From Epiperipatus broadwayi (lineage: Eukaryota; Animalia; Onychophora), in NCBI GenBank assembly GCA_028023455.1, contig JAQFVV010000006.1:434001-498000 (forward strand): 64,000 nucleotides of DNA. The letters are read 5' to 3'. Below are positions 13,079 to 24,258 of the stretch, in pieces. Position 1 is the first letter of the stretch. Each line of letters starts with the position of its first letter. The notes under the pieces are model-generated. The model did no database searches. It worked only from the letters and a program-made list of their open reading frames with translations, and was not told the origin of the DNA. Both the position numbers and the translations under genes were made by a program.

Positions 13079-14614
13079 CAGCGTTTCCCAACCTTTTTTG
13101 GCTCACGTACCACTTGGTAGTATATCATGCTAAATTGTACCACTTCATAAAAATGATTGTATTTTGTGAAATTTGTTAATCCGAGTGTGTTATTTTATTT
13201 GCATTATACATATTATAGGGTGACCATGCATTCACATCACATAATGAGACAAATTACATTGTAACATGCTTAAACGTCATGCTGGATTATAAACTCACTG
13301 AAATTAAAAACTCACTGTAACATATATGTATGTGTTTGTTCAAAGTATCATATTTATCTACTATTTTGTCATTTTTCATTTACTAATAAATGGTTTTAAT
13401 AAAAACACAAAATTATAAAAACCTAATTAATATATTTTTTTTATCATAATCAAATGTTTTTATAAAATAAATTTAATGAGATCCTTGTGCTTGTTTCGAA
13501 GAACATAATTTTTTGAAATTTGGTTCAGAAGATGCAAGATATACCCTTAAGTCTACAGCTGCATTCAATCTGTTTCAATACTTTTTTTAAAAAAAAATAT
13601 ATGAAGAAAAAGCTCTTTCTACTAATTCCATACTAGTAAATGGTAATAATAATTTAAGAGCTTTCTCAGAAAACTGTTCATATTCTTTAATGTTTAACCA
13701 AAATTAATTAGATTGTGTCGATAATTCTATTAAATTTTCTTTCTCTTTTATTGATAATGATGTAGCTTTTTCTAAATTTTCTTCATAGAAGGGGTTTGAA
13801 ATCCACTTATCATTTGTGTTTTCGGGTTTTGGAAAATATTCCATGAAAGACAATTTTAATCCTGTTAAATGTGCTATTATATTTTCTGTATATCTTGAGA
13901 CAGACTAACCTTATTTTCAAACAAAAAAATATGTAGAGTTTCGAATTTTTCCGGTTGTTTTCAATACACTGTTTCCAAAAATCTAATTTCTTAATCATAC
14001 TTTCAATTTTATCATTAACATTAAAGATCGTTATCGAGTTATTCTGAAGTGTCAAATTTAAGTTCATTTATTTGCAAAAAATATCAGATAAATATGCAAG
14101 CACCTGAAGCCAATCAAAATCATACAATTTCGAAGAGAGATCAAAAGGATTGTCTTTAAAAAAAAACCTGTGCTTCTTGTCTAAGTTCGAATAAGCAGGT
14201 TATATAGGGATCAATGAATTTTAATAAACAAAGACGATACAATCACAAACAATAACCTGTCACTTGTAAGCCATGCGATGAAGTGAATGAGAGTGCAGCA
14301 CTATGACAACAGTGGCGGCGACATCTCAAGTTACTTGTGGCTAACGGCTAAATTTAAAAGTGCACTCCAAAAAAAAACAACCATATCAATTGCTGGATTT
14401 TCGATCATCGACTGTACATATTAACAACTTTACTGTATAATATTATTCATTAAAATAATTTTTATGAATTATAAGAAAAAACGTTTCTATGATATTTTTA
14501 TGATTTAATTTTTTTTATTTTTTATGTCCGCCATTGTTGATTATTTTTTGTGTACCACCAACCAGCAACTCGCGTACCACCAGTGGTACGCGTACCACAG
14601 GTTGGGAAACGCTG
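13079..14614 (-). mobile_element. hAT (Buster/Charlie-type) DNA transposon, internally deleted
   Basis: Perfect TIR cagcgtttcccaacc/ggttgggaaacgctg; perfect 8-bp TSD ctctataa (13071-13078, 14615-14622); transposase remnant LNLTLQ...DKIESMIKKLDFW and a C-terminal KQAQGSH-type motif. Confidence 0.92.
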
Positions 14615-16169
14615 CTCTATAAGAAGAAAAAATAATAATCAACTCATTATTCATAATACAGATGCCTTTTAAGATCCGAGTTCCCAATATATGAGTCGTA
14701 ATCTTCAAGATTGTCACAATGCGTTTTCTGAGAGTCCATCATGGTCAATTTTAGCGGCAACTATTTTTAATGGTTTTCAAGTTGTTCGTTTCTATATTAC
14801 TGGGGTTCTGACTTAAGATCTACTGCAGTTGTTACTTTAAAAATACCAAAAACTTGCCATGGTCATATTTAGTAAGCATCTGCATTAATTTAATAATTTT
14901 CTACGGAAAACTTTTAATATTTTTTCCACATTTCCATCGCACCATAATATGCTTCCAAAACATTTTATCTTTACATTTACATGAAAAAAAGAAATATTTT
15001 ATTTCAAAATTTAAATATTAATAATATAATTTGTAATAGAATATCTCATGTCAAGACACATTTTATTGGGATTACTTTTTTTAGATAAAATTAGTGTTTA
15101 TTTTAAAAAAAAAAAAAAAAATTAACAGGTTAATAAAATATTAAAAATTGCAAAAAAAGAAAACAATAAGTTTAAATTGTCAAATTATTTATAATAAATA
15201 GAAAATAAGGATTTTTCAAAATTTTGTAGTGGAAAAACCTATTTTGATGTACACCCTCATTAAAAACCCTTTTTATGCAAATATGGCAGGGGCTTGATTA
15301 TAAGGGGAATCACAATGCAAAAAGGTTGAGAAATACTGTTCTTAGAGAATCATTATTTTAATGTTCTAATATTTAAACGTTTTGCTGTGATTAATACACA
15401 GTGACAGTTCTTTATAAATAAACATTTTGACAATTACCTACAAATAAATTTTAAAAAAATTAAAAGTTAATGTATCAGCAAGTTACCATGCTCAGAAAAA
15501 GTTGAACTTGGAATTATGTACAATAACAGGTCAATTAGAATATCTATGAATTTTTTGAGTACAGTCCAGATTTGAAAAGCTCTGATGAAATGTTAGCATA
15601 AACCTTTGAATAAATACGGAAATCAATTATATATTTATTAACTCAAATTATATTCTCTTTATACTTACAAAATAATTATGGTGGAAAAAAAGATCTCATA
15701 ATCCATGACAATTTTCGTATTTATAATCTTAATAAATTGAGAATTCAAGTAACATCATTACAATATTTAATAATGCCACACCACAATATAAAGTCATTTA
15801 TCAGCTTATTATTTCTCGTGAAGACAAAGCTGGTCGGTTTGTCATTATGAAAGGAGATGAGTTCAGGAAGAAACTGGATAGAGAATTAAATAATGGTAAA
15901 TATATGTTTTTAGAAAAAGATCCAGGTAATGTGATTAAAAGAAAGTTGATAGATATGAAAAAAATGGTAAATTTAAAATTTTTTAATAGAGTATATTATT
16001 TAAAATGTTATCCAAATGATTTCATATCAGCTAAGATGTTTGTGAATATTAAGTAAGACTCATAAAGACGGTTTTCCTTTAAGATTTATTTTTGATTTTA
16101 CAGGTAATGTTGTATAGGGTATTTCTAAATTATTTTTCTTTTGAAGTTTTTGATAAGATTAATAATTTT

Positions 16170-17359
16170 GGTACTGTTCTATTAGAGTGTTGAAACCACT
16201 TGATGCCATTTAGTGGGTGCAGTTAAACCAAATAACCACAACTTTTTTTTTTTCTGTTATAACTAATGGCTTGCTTTGTCTCGTGGCGCAGTTTATGCAA
16301 GTGAATGCAATACTATCTTTTAGCAATGTTAACACTTCGCTACCATACCATTTCAGGGTGGGTGGATTTACAGTTTGCAGAACTATTGCAATCTGTATTC
16401 AAAAGTAATTACGGTACAACTTACCTAATGTATTTTAAAAATAATTATAAGCTCATTACCCCGGTTCCGAACCCAACATGTAAGGTATAAATAATTAGAA
16501 AAGGTTAGGGGAAACCACAATTTCACTTTTCTCCCGATAAAAGTCACGGTTCGTGAGAACACCTACGAGAATTCAAACGTCTGACTGTAAAATTTCTCCT
16601 AGTTATATCCAGAGACAAAAAAAAATTGTAAAAAAAATACATTTCTTAATCGTAAATAAAAAAAAAACAATCGAGTTGGAAAATTATTAATCGTTATTAA
16701 TAGGTGTGTCATTAATGTTATCCACCATACCTTAGTCACATATTCTTTCAAAGGTATAGCTATTAGAATAAATAAAGATTAATTTTCCTTTTCAAAAACG
16801 ACCAAAAAAAAAAGTCAAATACAGTTCAGTAATTAAAGTATTCTCATTTCTCCCAGCATGATGTGGTTAGTTATCTGTCAAGCAATGATAGTAGACTCTT
16901 TAAAGTTTGCGGGGATGGGATTTCCCATTCTACTAGAATAGAATATTTGCAATAATGTCTGTTAATTGATAAGTTTTAATTCTTGCGGATTGCAGAACTA
17001 AGATGAAATTTGTAGGCACCTGTTAAAGGTTTAAATTGATCATCGTAAAATTGTTAATCAAATAAATTTGATAGTAATTTATTAAGAAAATCAATCAATG
17101 AATTACGTTAACCCGTATGATAAAATGTCTGAGTGTAAAAAAAAATTATCATAGTTATATCCAGAAACAAAAAGAAATTGTAAAAAGAATTACAGTAATT
17201 TATTAAGGAAAATAAATGAATTACGTTAAACCGTACGATTATTATTATTATTATTATTATTTCACAAACAAGGTAGTAGGCCCGGTTACATTATATTTAT
17301 GTGCGTTTTCCTAGAAACAACACCATCAAGCGGTTTCAACACATTAATCGAACAGTACC
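16170..17359 (-). mobile_element. Merlin-like non-autonomous DNA transposon (copy 2)
   Basis: TIRs starting GGTAC; perfect 8-bp TSD ataatttt (16162-16169, 17360-17367). Confidence 0.78.
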
Positions 17360-18097
17360 ATAATTTTAAAATGGAAAGTAATTGGGTATTTGGTAGTTTA
17401 GATATCGAGAAAATGTATCAATCTGTTAATAGATTAAGCAGTATATATTCTTATGTCTGTGTTGGTTAAGCAAGGATCTTTGTCAAAAAATAAAATTAAA
17501 GTAATCAAAGATTTGCTTTTATTATTAGAGGATTCTATGTATTTTATTTATAATGGTAATTTTTTAAAAATTAAAGAAGGGTGGATAATAGATTATATTA
17601 TTTCTCCTTTAGTTTGTTTACTTTATATTAATTATTTGGAAGAGGAAATTATTATTAAAAAGAATTGTTTCTATTTAAAGTTATTTGTTAGATATGTGGA
17701 TGATTGTTTGTTTGTAGTTGAGAATGATAAATTGAAGGAATTGGTAAATGAGTTTAATTGTTTTGATCCTTCTATAAGATATATGGTAGAAGGAGGGGGG
17801 TTAGATTTTGTTAAGCTAAAATTTTTAGATCTTTCAGTGATTAGAAATGTAAAAACTAATTGTTTAGTATGTAGTCATTATGTTAAAAGTAAAGAATTAG
17901 GTCTATAATTAAACCTGATAGTTATCAGTCTGTATCTCATAAAGTAGCTGCTTTAAGGAATTATTGTTATAGGAATAAAAAATTAAATAATTCTAGTGGG
18001 GTAGCTTTGTTTCAGAAAGGTCAATTTTATAAAGATTATTTGAGTGTTGGCGACTCTGATAAATTTGTTAAAAGTATTTTACTTAATAGTAATATTT

Positions 18098-18961
18098 AAT
18101 AATAAGCTGACACATTGCGGTGAAACTTTTCTATATAACAATTTATGTAGGCTTAGCGCTTTCAGAGTTTTGTTACTCCATAATCATAGTCTCATGCAAA
18201 ACTATTTTTTTATATTATTCATTTTCTGGCAATGGCAAAACAAGTGCCTCTTCTATTTATTGAGTTGATGTTGCTGGTAATAAAACAAGCTTTCTTGATT
18301 TTACTCTTGATGACATTCCTCTCTGTGCATAATTTATCAGCCTTGGAGAGTTCAAATCTGTGGTTGAGCTCATGCTGATGGTCAGCAAAAACGGAATGGC
18401 CTTCTTTTTTGGTTATTGCTCGTGTATATGTGTATTTGTGTTGAGCTAATCTATTGCCAATTGTGGCACGAGTCTCACCATAATAAATAGCACCACACCC
18501 TGTCTGAGGGCACACAATTCTACATACTACCTGGGGGGTTGCATCAATGTTTCTTTTATTTTTAGTATTATTAATGAGCCTATTGGTGTTTAGAGGGGCT
18601 CTAAATCCTAGTTTGAATTCTTTATGTAATATTTTATTAAAGTTTTTTGCTACTGCAGGTATATATGGTACAGTCAGATGTTGTCTGTCTTCTTTTTTAT
18701 TTTGCTGAAGTCTTTTATGAAAGCCTTCAATCCTATTAGCTATTGCTCTGTAATTAAAACCCATGCTTATTAAATCTCCGATGTAGCTGGTGATGTTGTT
18801 TTTCTTATCCGACTCTTAATTTGTATAGATGATGATTACAAAATAAGAAGGCAGATAGCCCTGCAAGTTTGTGTGATTTGGGGGATTTTGAGAGTGGATG
18901 GAGGTAACCTCTAATGCACAAGGGCTTGATCATCATGCAATAATTGAGTGCAGCATTCACA
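18098..18961 (-). mobile_element. PLE-B 5'-truncated Penelope-like element (GIY-YIG) inserted antisense into PLE-A
   Basis: ORF 18219-18764 with CGAIYYGETR and SVFADH; 13-bp TSD aatagtaatattt (18085-18097, 18962-18974). Confidence 0.88.
18149..18192 (-). ncRNA. Hammerhead-like motif (A3-U8 variant) at the 3' end of PLE-B; identical motif at 2493-2535
   Basis: agact-AUGAUUA-U-GGAG(uaacaaaa)CUCU-GAAA-G-CG-CUA-agccu. Confidence 0.55.
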
Positions 18962-20947
18962 AATAGTAATATTTGCAAGGATGTAAAGGATAAAGAAAAA
19001 TATTTTATTTCTTTGCCATTTAAAATGTCTTCTTATAAAATTACATGTAAAAATAATAATTTGTTTGGAAATAAGAAAATTGCTTGGAAAAGAGGTATTA
19101 CTTTGAATAATTTATTAAATAATACAAAGGAAATTTTTGATAGGAAGACTATTCCTGGTGTAGTATATATTATCCCTTGTTTTTGAAAGAAGTTTTATAT
19201 AGGTCAGAATAGTTTGAGCTTAAAGGAAAAAATAAAGATATATAAAAGTAGGATTAGAAATAAATATCTTAGTTCTGCTTTATATGTCCATGAAAAAGAT
19301 AGACCATACTATTAATTTTGATGACGCTAAGGTTGTCTTCTTTGTAGGAAATGAAATAAAAAGAAGAATTAAAGAATCTTTATTATTGAAAATTTATTAT
19401 TCTGAAGCAATTATGTAAGTTCTTTTAATATTAAGGGTAGAAGGGAAGTGAATGGATTTGTGGGTAATGTTTAATAAAAATATGGTGTTGTTTTGTAGTT
19501 CTTTACACGTGAGAAGTCTGCTTGTAACAGTGAAACTATTGTTTGTGTTTTTGATTTTATTTTCTTGGCTAGTCTGGTTGAGTTTTGGATTTAGGGTAAT
19601 TTTAATAAACTTAAGATTAGTATGCAACAAAGAATATTTACATTACCATATTGAGATCCCCCGAGACCAATTTTAGAGACATTGCCAATTTGATAACCTT
19701 CCATGGGTTGGGTTTTCTTCCAATGTCATTCAATATAACATTTAATCTGTTTTTTTTTAATTAGTCGATAGAAGTACAAAATAAAATTATTAGAAATAAA
19801 TTTTCTAAACAATGTAACAAAACAAATATATAAATAAACAATCTTTAATTCTGAATTTACTTCCTCAAAAGATTGGGGCAAGCTTTATAGAATACAAAAA
19901 TATAAAAAAAAAAAAAACACAATCTACCAAACTGCATTAAATACAAAACTGATGTGAGCTCTTTATATATGAATATAAAATGATATAGATTTGTGATCGA
20001 AAGTCATTTTCTAAATCCACATTATTTCTATAAAGTGTCACCAATGGTGAAGATAAAAATTAGCATTTGAAGTATTGGATCTTGATAATAATTAGACGTA
20101 AAGGAATGAAATCAATTAACTTTTAAAAAATGTTATATGTAAGTTTAAAATTTTATATCAAACCTCTTCTTCCTTCACTTCTTTTAAAAAACTTATTTTG
20201 TTATCATGAATTGTATAACTTTTTTCAAAATTTTTCTACTACATACTCTTTATCAAATATCAAAAAATAAAAATGAAATCTATAAAATATATTGAAATAC
20301 TTTAATTAATAAATATTATCAACACAAATCCATATACTAACTTTTACTGTTTTTAAGCTAGATTAAGAATATACTTTTTTTACTTTTTAGCCCTTTTTAT
20401 AGTTTTAATTTTGAACTAATGAATTTCATATATTTTTAATAAATTCTAGCTCAAGATATCTGTTATATAAATTTAGTTTATCTTTTTACAAATTTGACAT
20501 CCATCTAAAGCTAGTAATTGAATCAACATGCTTTTATTCTAATTTATAATAAACAGAGATAAAATTTACTAAAAATATATTTAAGTAATTAGTCCAAAAT
20601 AAAAAATATAGAGAAAGTGTTAGAAAAACAAGGAAAATATATTCTTAATGTATCATAAAGAAAAAAAATAAAGATTAGGTTTATGAATTATATTTTTTGT
20701 AGTTATATATTATTTAGATATGTAATAGATATGCTTCAATATATTTTAAAGATGTTGTTTTGTTCCATAATCAATAGTATGTACCCATTAATAGAGACCA
20801 CAAGATATGGGTAAAACCTAAAGTAGAACATTTTTCGCAAAAAATTATAATTTATAATAATAAAACAAATTTTAAAAAAAGAGAATGAAGGAAGTTTTGA
20901 TATAATATTTATTAATGGTTGAATCAACATTTATTTTTTTAAAATCA

Positions 20948-21155
20948 GTCATCATCATTTTCAACCATCATCGATCCACTGCAGGATGATCTCTCCCAGT
21001 TCAATCCATCTTCTTTGATCTCTAATCTATTTTTTCCACATCATCCCAGCACACTTCCTTATTTCATCCAGTCATCTCACACGTGGTCTCTTTCTAGGTC
21101 TTTTACGATCTCTTTGAATCCCGTTTAAGATTTCAAACTGTCCATCTATTATCAT
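20948..21155 (-). mobile_element. RTE LINE 3' end with (GAT)n tail
   Basis: DNRWTV...RDRKRPRKRPRVR*LDEIRK followed by gatgatgac. Confidence 0.7.
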
Positions 21156-21359
21156 TAAATGATCTTTAAGGGATGAAATATTAAATAAACTATTTCATTT
21201 TTACATTTAATTTAACAAAAACGAACATAAAGTTGTTAATAGAGATTGTATAATTTTAAAATTTATAAATTAAAAAAAAACATAAAATCTTTAATTTCAT
21301 TTTTTAAACAGTAAATGAGTAATTATTACAAAAAAAATAAAATAGTTTCTTAAACTTAA

Positions 21360-22130
21360 CTACTTCAGCTTCAAGCCGCCATATTGAACTTTTTAAAATA
21401 CTGGCATGAGACACAATTTTCATAATAACTTCAGTTTTAATTATGTTAGAGCAAAAACCATTACATTGCTAGAAACTAGAAAAATTAAGGAAAACGATAA
21501 GCATAAAATAAATAGTGATATAAAAAAATACGGTAAAAAAGAAATTTTCACATCCGAAATAATTATTATTTTATTGTTTGTTCATAATTTGGAAATTAAC
21601 ATTAACTAAAATTCAAAATACATCTTCAGTGATAATTTCTTTCTATTCCTTACAAAATTATCTTTCTAAACATGTATAATATGTCTTACCTGAGATAATC
21701 CACAGATTCACAATCTCCAAAAGAAGTCGGATATGACTTCTTCATTTTTATCTTGTACCCCAAATGTTCTAAATGTCAAAGGCGTCTATGAAGAAAAAGA
21801 TTCATCCTAATAAAAGATACAAAAGAAGTTATCATAGCAATTGGTTTCTTGTCTGTCTAAAACTAGAAATTGTAGACTACTTTCTATACCACTGATAAAA
21901 TGAGTTTCATCTCTTCATTTTATATTTTTTTGTGTACAATAGTGATGTTTATATTCTTTGTGGTCAGCAGTGATGTTTATATTCTTTATGCACTGCACAA
22001 GTGATGTTTATATTCTTTATATACAGAAGTGATGCTATCTTTTTATATTTATTGTACCACAGATATAATTTATTTGCATATAGTCTATAGATTTGAAAAT
22101 AATGTTATGAAACATATAGCAAAGCATGAT
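21360..22130 (-). mobile_element. piggyBac remnant (homologous to about 56370-57056)
   Basis: Inverted homology to the 56-kb copy; ends at TTAA 21356-21359. Confidence 0.65.
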
Positions 22131-22309
22131 CAAGCATAAACATAAACAAGTTTCAGAATTGGATTATATGTTTGTGTATACAAAGTTTGTATATATTTGA
22201 TTATTAGTTTTATAACCCATTGCTTGTAAAACATTATATAAACATAATGATTTTCAAAAAGTATACTTTTTGAAAATCATTATTTTTATAAAAATAAGAG
22301 GATTAGTTT

Positions 22310-23100
22310 AGATAGAACTTTAGATAATCACGATATGAATTATATACTAATAAGTTAATTACGATATGAATTCTATACGAGTAAATATATAATTACAAAC
22401 TAAATCATACTAATTTTTCAATAAATATGAATTCTATGTGAGCATAAATAAATGTATTACAAACTACCTTTAAAAAATTATGATAAATATGAATTCTATA
22501 GAGCATATACGAGCATAAATATATAATTACACACACACCAATTTTTCGATAGATATGAATTGTATATGAGCATAAATAAATAAATATATAACTACAAATT
22601 AGCACACACTAATTACAAACTAAAATTAATAAAAAATATATTTTTTCCAAAAATTTTAAAAAAAATTAAAAAATTTTACTTACGAATAATTACGTTGATA
22701 GTCTGTTATAGGCCTTACCCTGTTATAGGTCTTACCGGAGAAAATTTCACTTCCAGCCTGTAAAACATTTTATGTCTTTTATCGTTTCGTGATAAGTACA
22801 AAATTACCATAAAAACAAAAAAAATAAATACTGTGGTTGATTAAAAAATTCGCCAAAAATCTAAATTTCAATCGATTTTTTTGAAATAAAGATCGTTTGA
22901 AAGCTAACATATACAGCTAAAAACGGCCATATTTTCTACGACGTCATGATTATACTTTTTACGTCAGCAAAGAAAGAAAATAACACGTCATCAAATGACC
23001 ATCCGAAGTGCGCAAACAATGCCGAGAAAGCGGAAGTAGTTAAGTTCAAAATTTATAAATAAAAAGTTATGTTAAGTAAATAGAAATTTTTGAAAAAAAA
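22310..23100. repeat. Unclassified repeat with tandem gatatgaattctatacgagcat subrepeats
   Basis: About 5 degenerate subrepeats in 22330-22580 followed by a GC-richer segment. Confidence 0.4.
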
Positions 23101-23877
23101 TTTTTACGTTAATTAAATGATGCGTAAAAGTAATATCTTGCAATAAGCTAGGAAAACTCTGTCAATGAAATGTAATAAATTATAAGCAATAATAATAATA
23201 ATGTTTCATATATGAAAAAAATATTGACAATATTAAATAATAATGATCTTACTTATAATATTCTACAGTATATGAGTTTTTGTTCATCAGTCATGTTAAA
23301 TCATTAATAATAAGGATGAAGCGACTTTAAAGTATGTCCACAGATTGTTCATGCAATTAAACAGCAGAAAAACAAGTTGAACAAATCGAGCGCAAACAGC
23401 AATTAAAGTAATATATATATATTTATAATGAAACCAAAATAGATCCTACGTAACATTCATAATTTTTAGAGCATGACAGGACATTTGGTTATATTTTTAA
23501 TCCTAAAGAAGTATAGACGGTTTACAACAAACATAATATCCGCAAACAGAAAATAAAAGCAGAATTTTTTAATAATGTAGAACTCGTTCGTTAATGAGCA
23601 GGAAATCTAACAATATTCAATAGTTAATTTTGGAACATGCACAATTACATATATAAGTCTATATTTCCTCTTATGAATATAATTTTTGCCTTTGAAAAAG
23701 GGATTTTAACATTAAAAGTGAATTTTAGGGATTAATTTAATGTTCTTAATAGCATTATTATAATTTCATACATTGTGTAAAGTTACAAATAAATGAAGTC
23801 AGATGTCACATGACCTAACTTGAACAAGTTTGTATTACAAATGTTTTATAAAGAGCTCGCAAATAAGCTCTTAACAA

Positions 23878-24060
23878 GCTTTCCAGAATATCCTCAACCA
23901 CAGACCGGTTTCTGCTACTTGCTTCGTCAGTGAAGTGCCAGAATATTCATTATTGCTGGGCTTGTCCTAGTATTTTTAATCTAATGCTCGAATATCCTGG
24001 CACCTCACTGATGAAGCCAGTAGCAGAAACCAGTCCTGGGGTTGAGGATATTGTGTAAAG
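23878..24060. repeat. Foldback of about 70-bp arms, each carrying a hammerhead motif
   Basis: Arms 23878-23948 and 23990-24060; minus CUGACGA...GAAACCGGUC, plus CUGAUGA...GAAACCAGUC. Confidence 0.85.
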
Positions 24061-24148
24061 TTTTAAAAAATAATAATTTCTTAAAACTAAATATGTTTTA
24101 ATTTCTATTAATAAAAAATGACAGGATATTAAAAATGTATATATAAAC

Positions 24149-24258
24149 CTTTGAATTCATTTTGTCATTGACGATATAATTCTTGCATGCTTTCCAATCT
24201 CCTATTTTCATAGCTTTCGAGGCTGCTACTATATGTTCCCGCATACTTTCAGGGGGAC
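24149..24258 (-). CDS. eIF3c: eIF3c exon ([24 protein letters not shown]...KMNSK)
   Basis: Phase 1/0; last recognisable exon in the window. Confidence 0.95.

Larger units (their letters stand above)
15780..19560 (+). mobile_element. Penelope-like retroelement PLE-A (RT + GIY-YIG), interrupted by two nested insertions
   Basis: RT motifs as in copy 1; after 18975 reads PGVVYIIPC...FYIGQ...KRRIKES (GIY-YIG); removing each insert plus one TSD restores the frame. Confidence 0.88.

Noticed and set aside
15319-15338. hAT-like right TIR (aaaaggttgagaaatactg)
   Set aside because: No matching left end or TSD found.
15582-15606. CUGAUGA motif upstream of PLE-A as a hammerhead
   Set aside because: Lacks G12 of GAAA and has no convincing stem I/III or NUH site.
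19509-19540. Hammerhead at the PLE-A 3' end
   Set aside because: Position is plausible but the core (gtgagaag) is too degenerate to call.
19452-19676. Hydrophobic ORF as a membrane protein
   Set aside because: T-rich compositional artefact in the PLE 3' region.
21686-21807. Exon-like segment (ttttattag...gtaag) as a further eIF3c exon
   Set aside because: No eIF3c similarity, stops in the relevant frames, and it belongs to the piggyBac repeat also found near 56.7 kb.
22310-22620. CRISPR-like array
   Set aside because: Degenerate tandem units without unique spacers, in a eukaryotic context with no cas genes.
23878-24060. Integrated viroid-like genome
   Set aside because: Both arms are copies of the same ribozyme sequence, more simply explained by inverted PLE-end duplication; no evidence of circularity.
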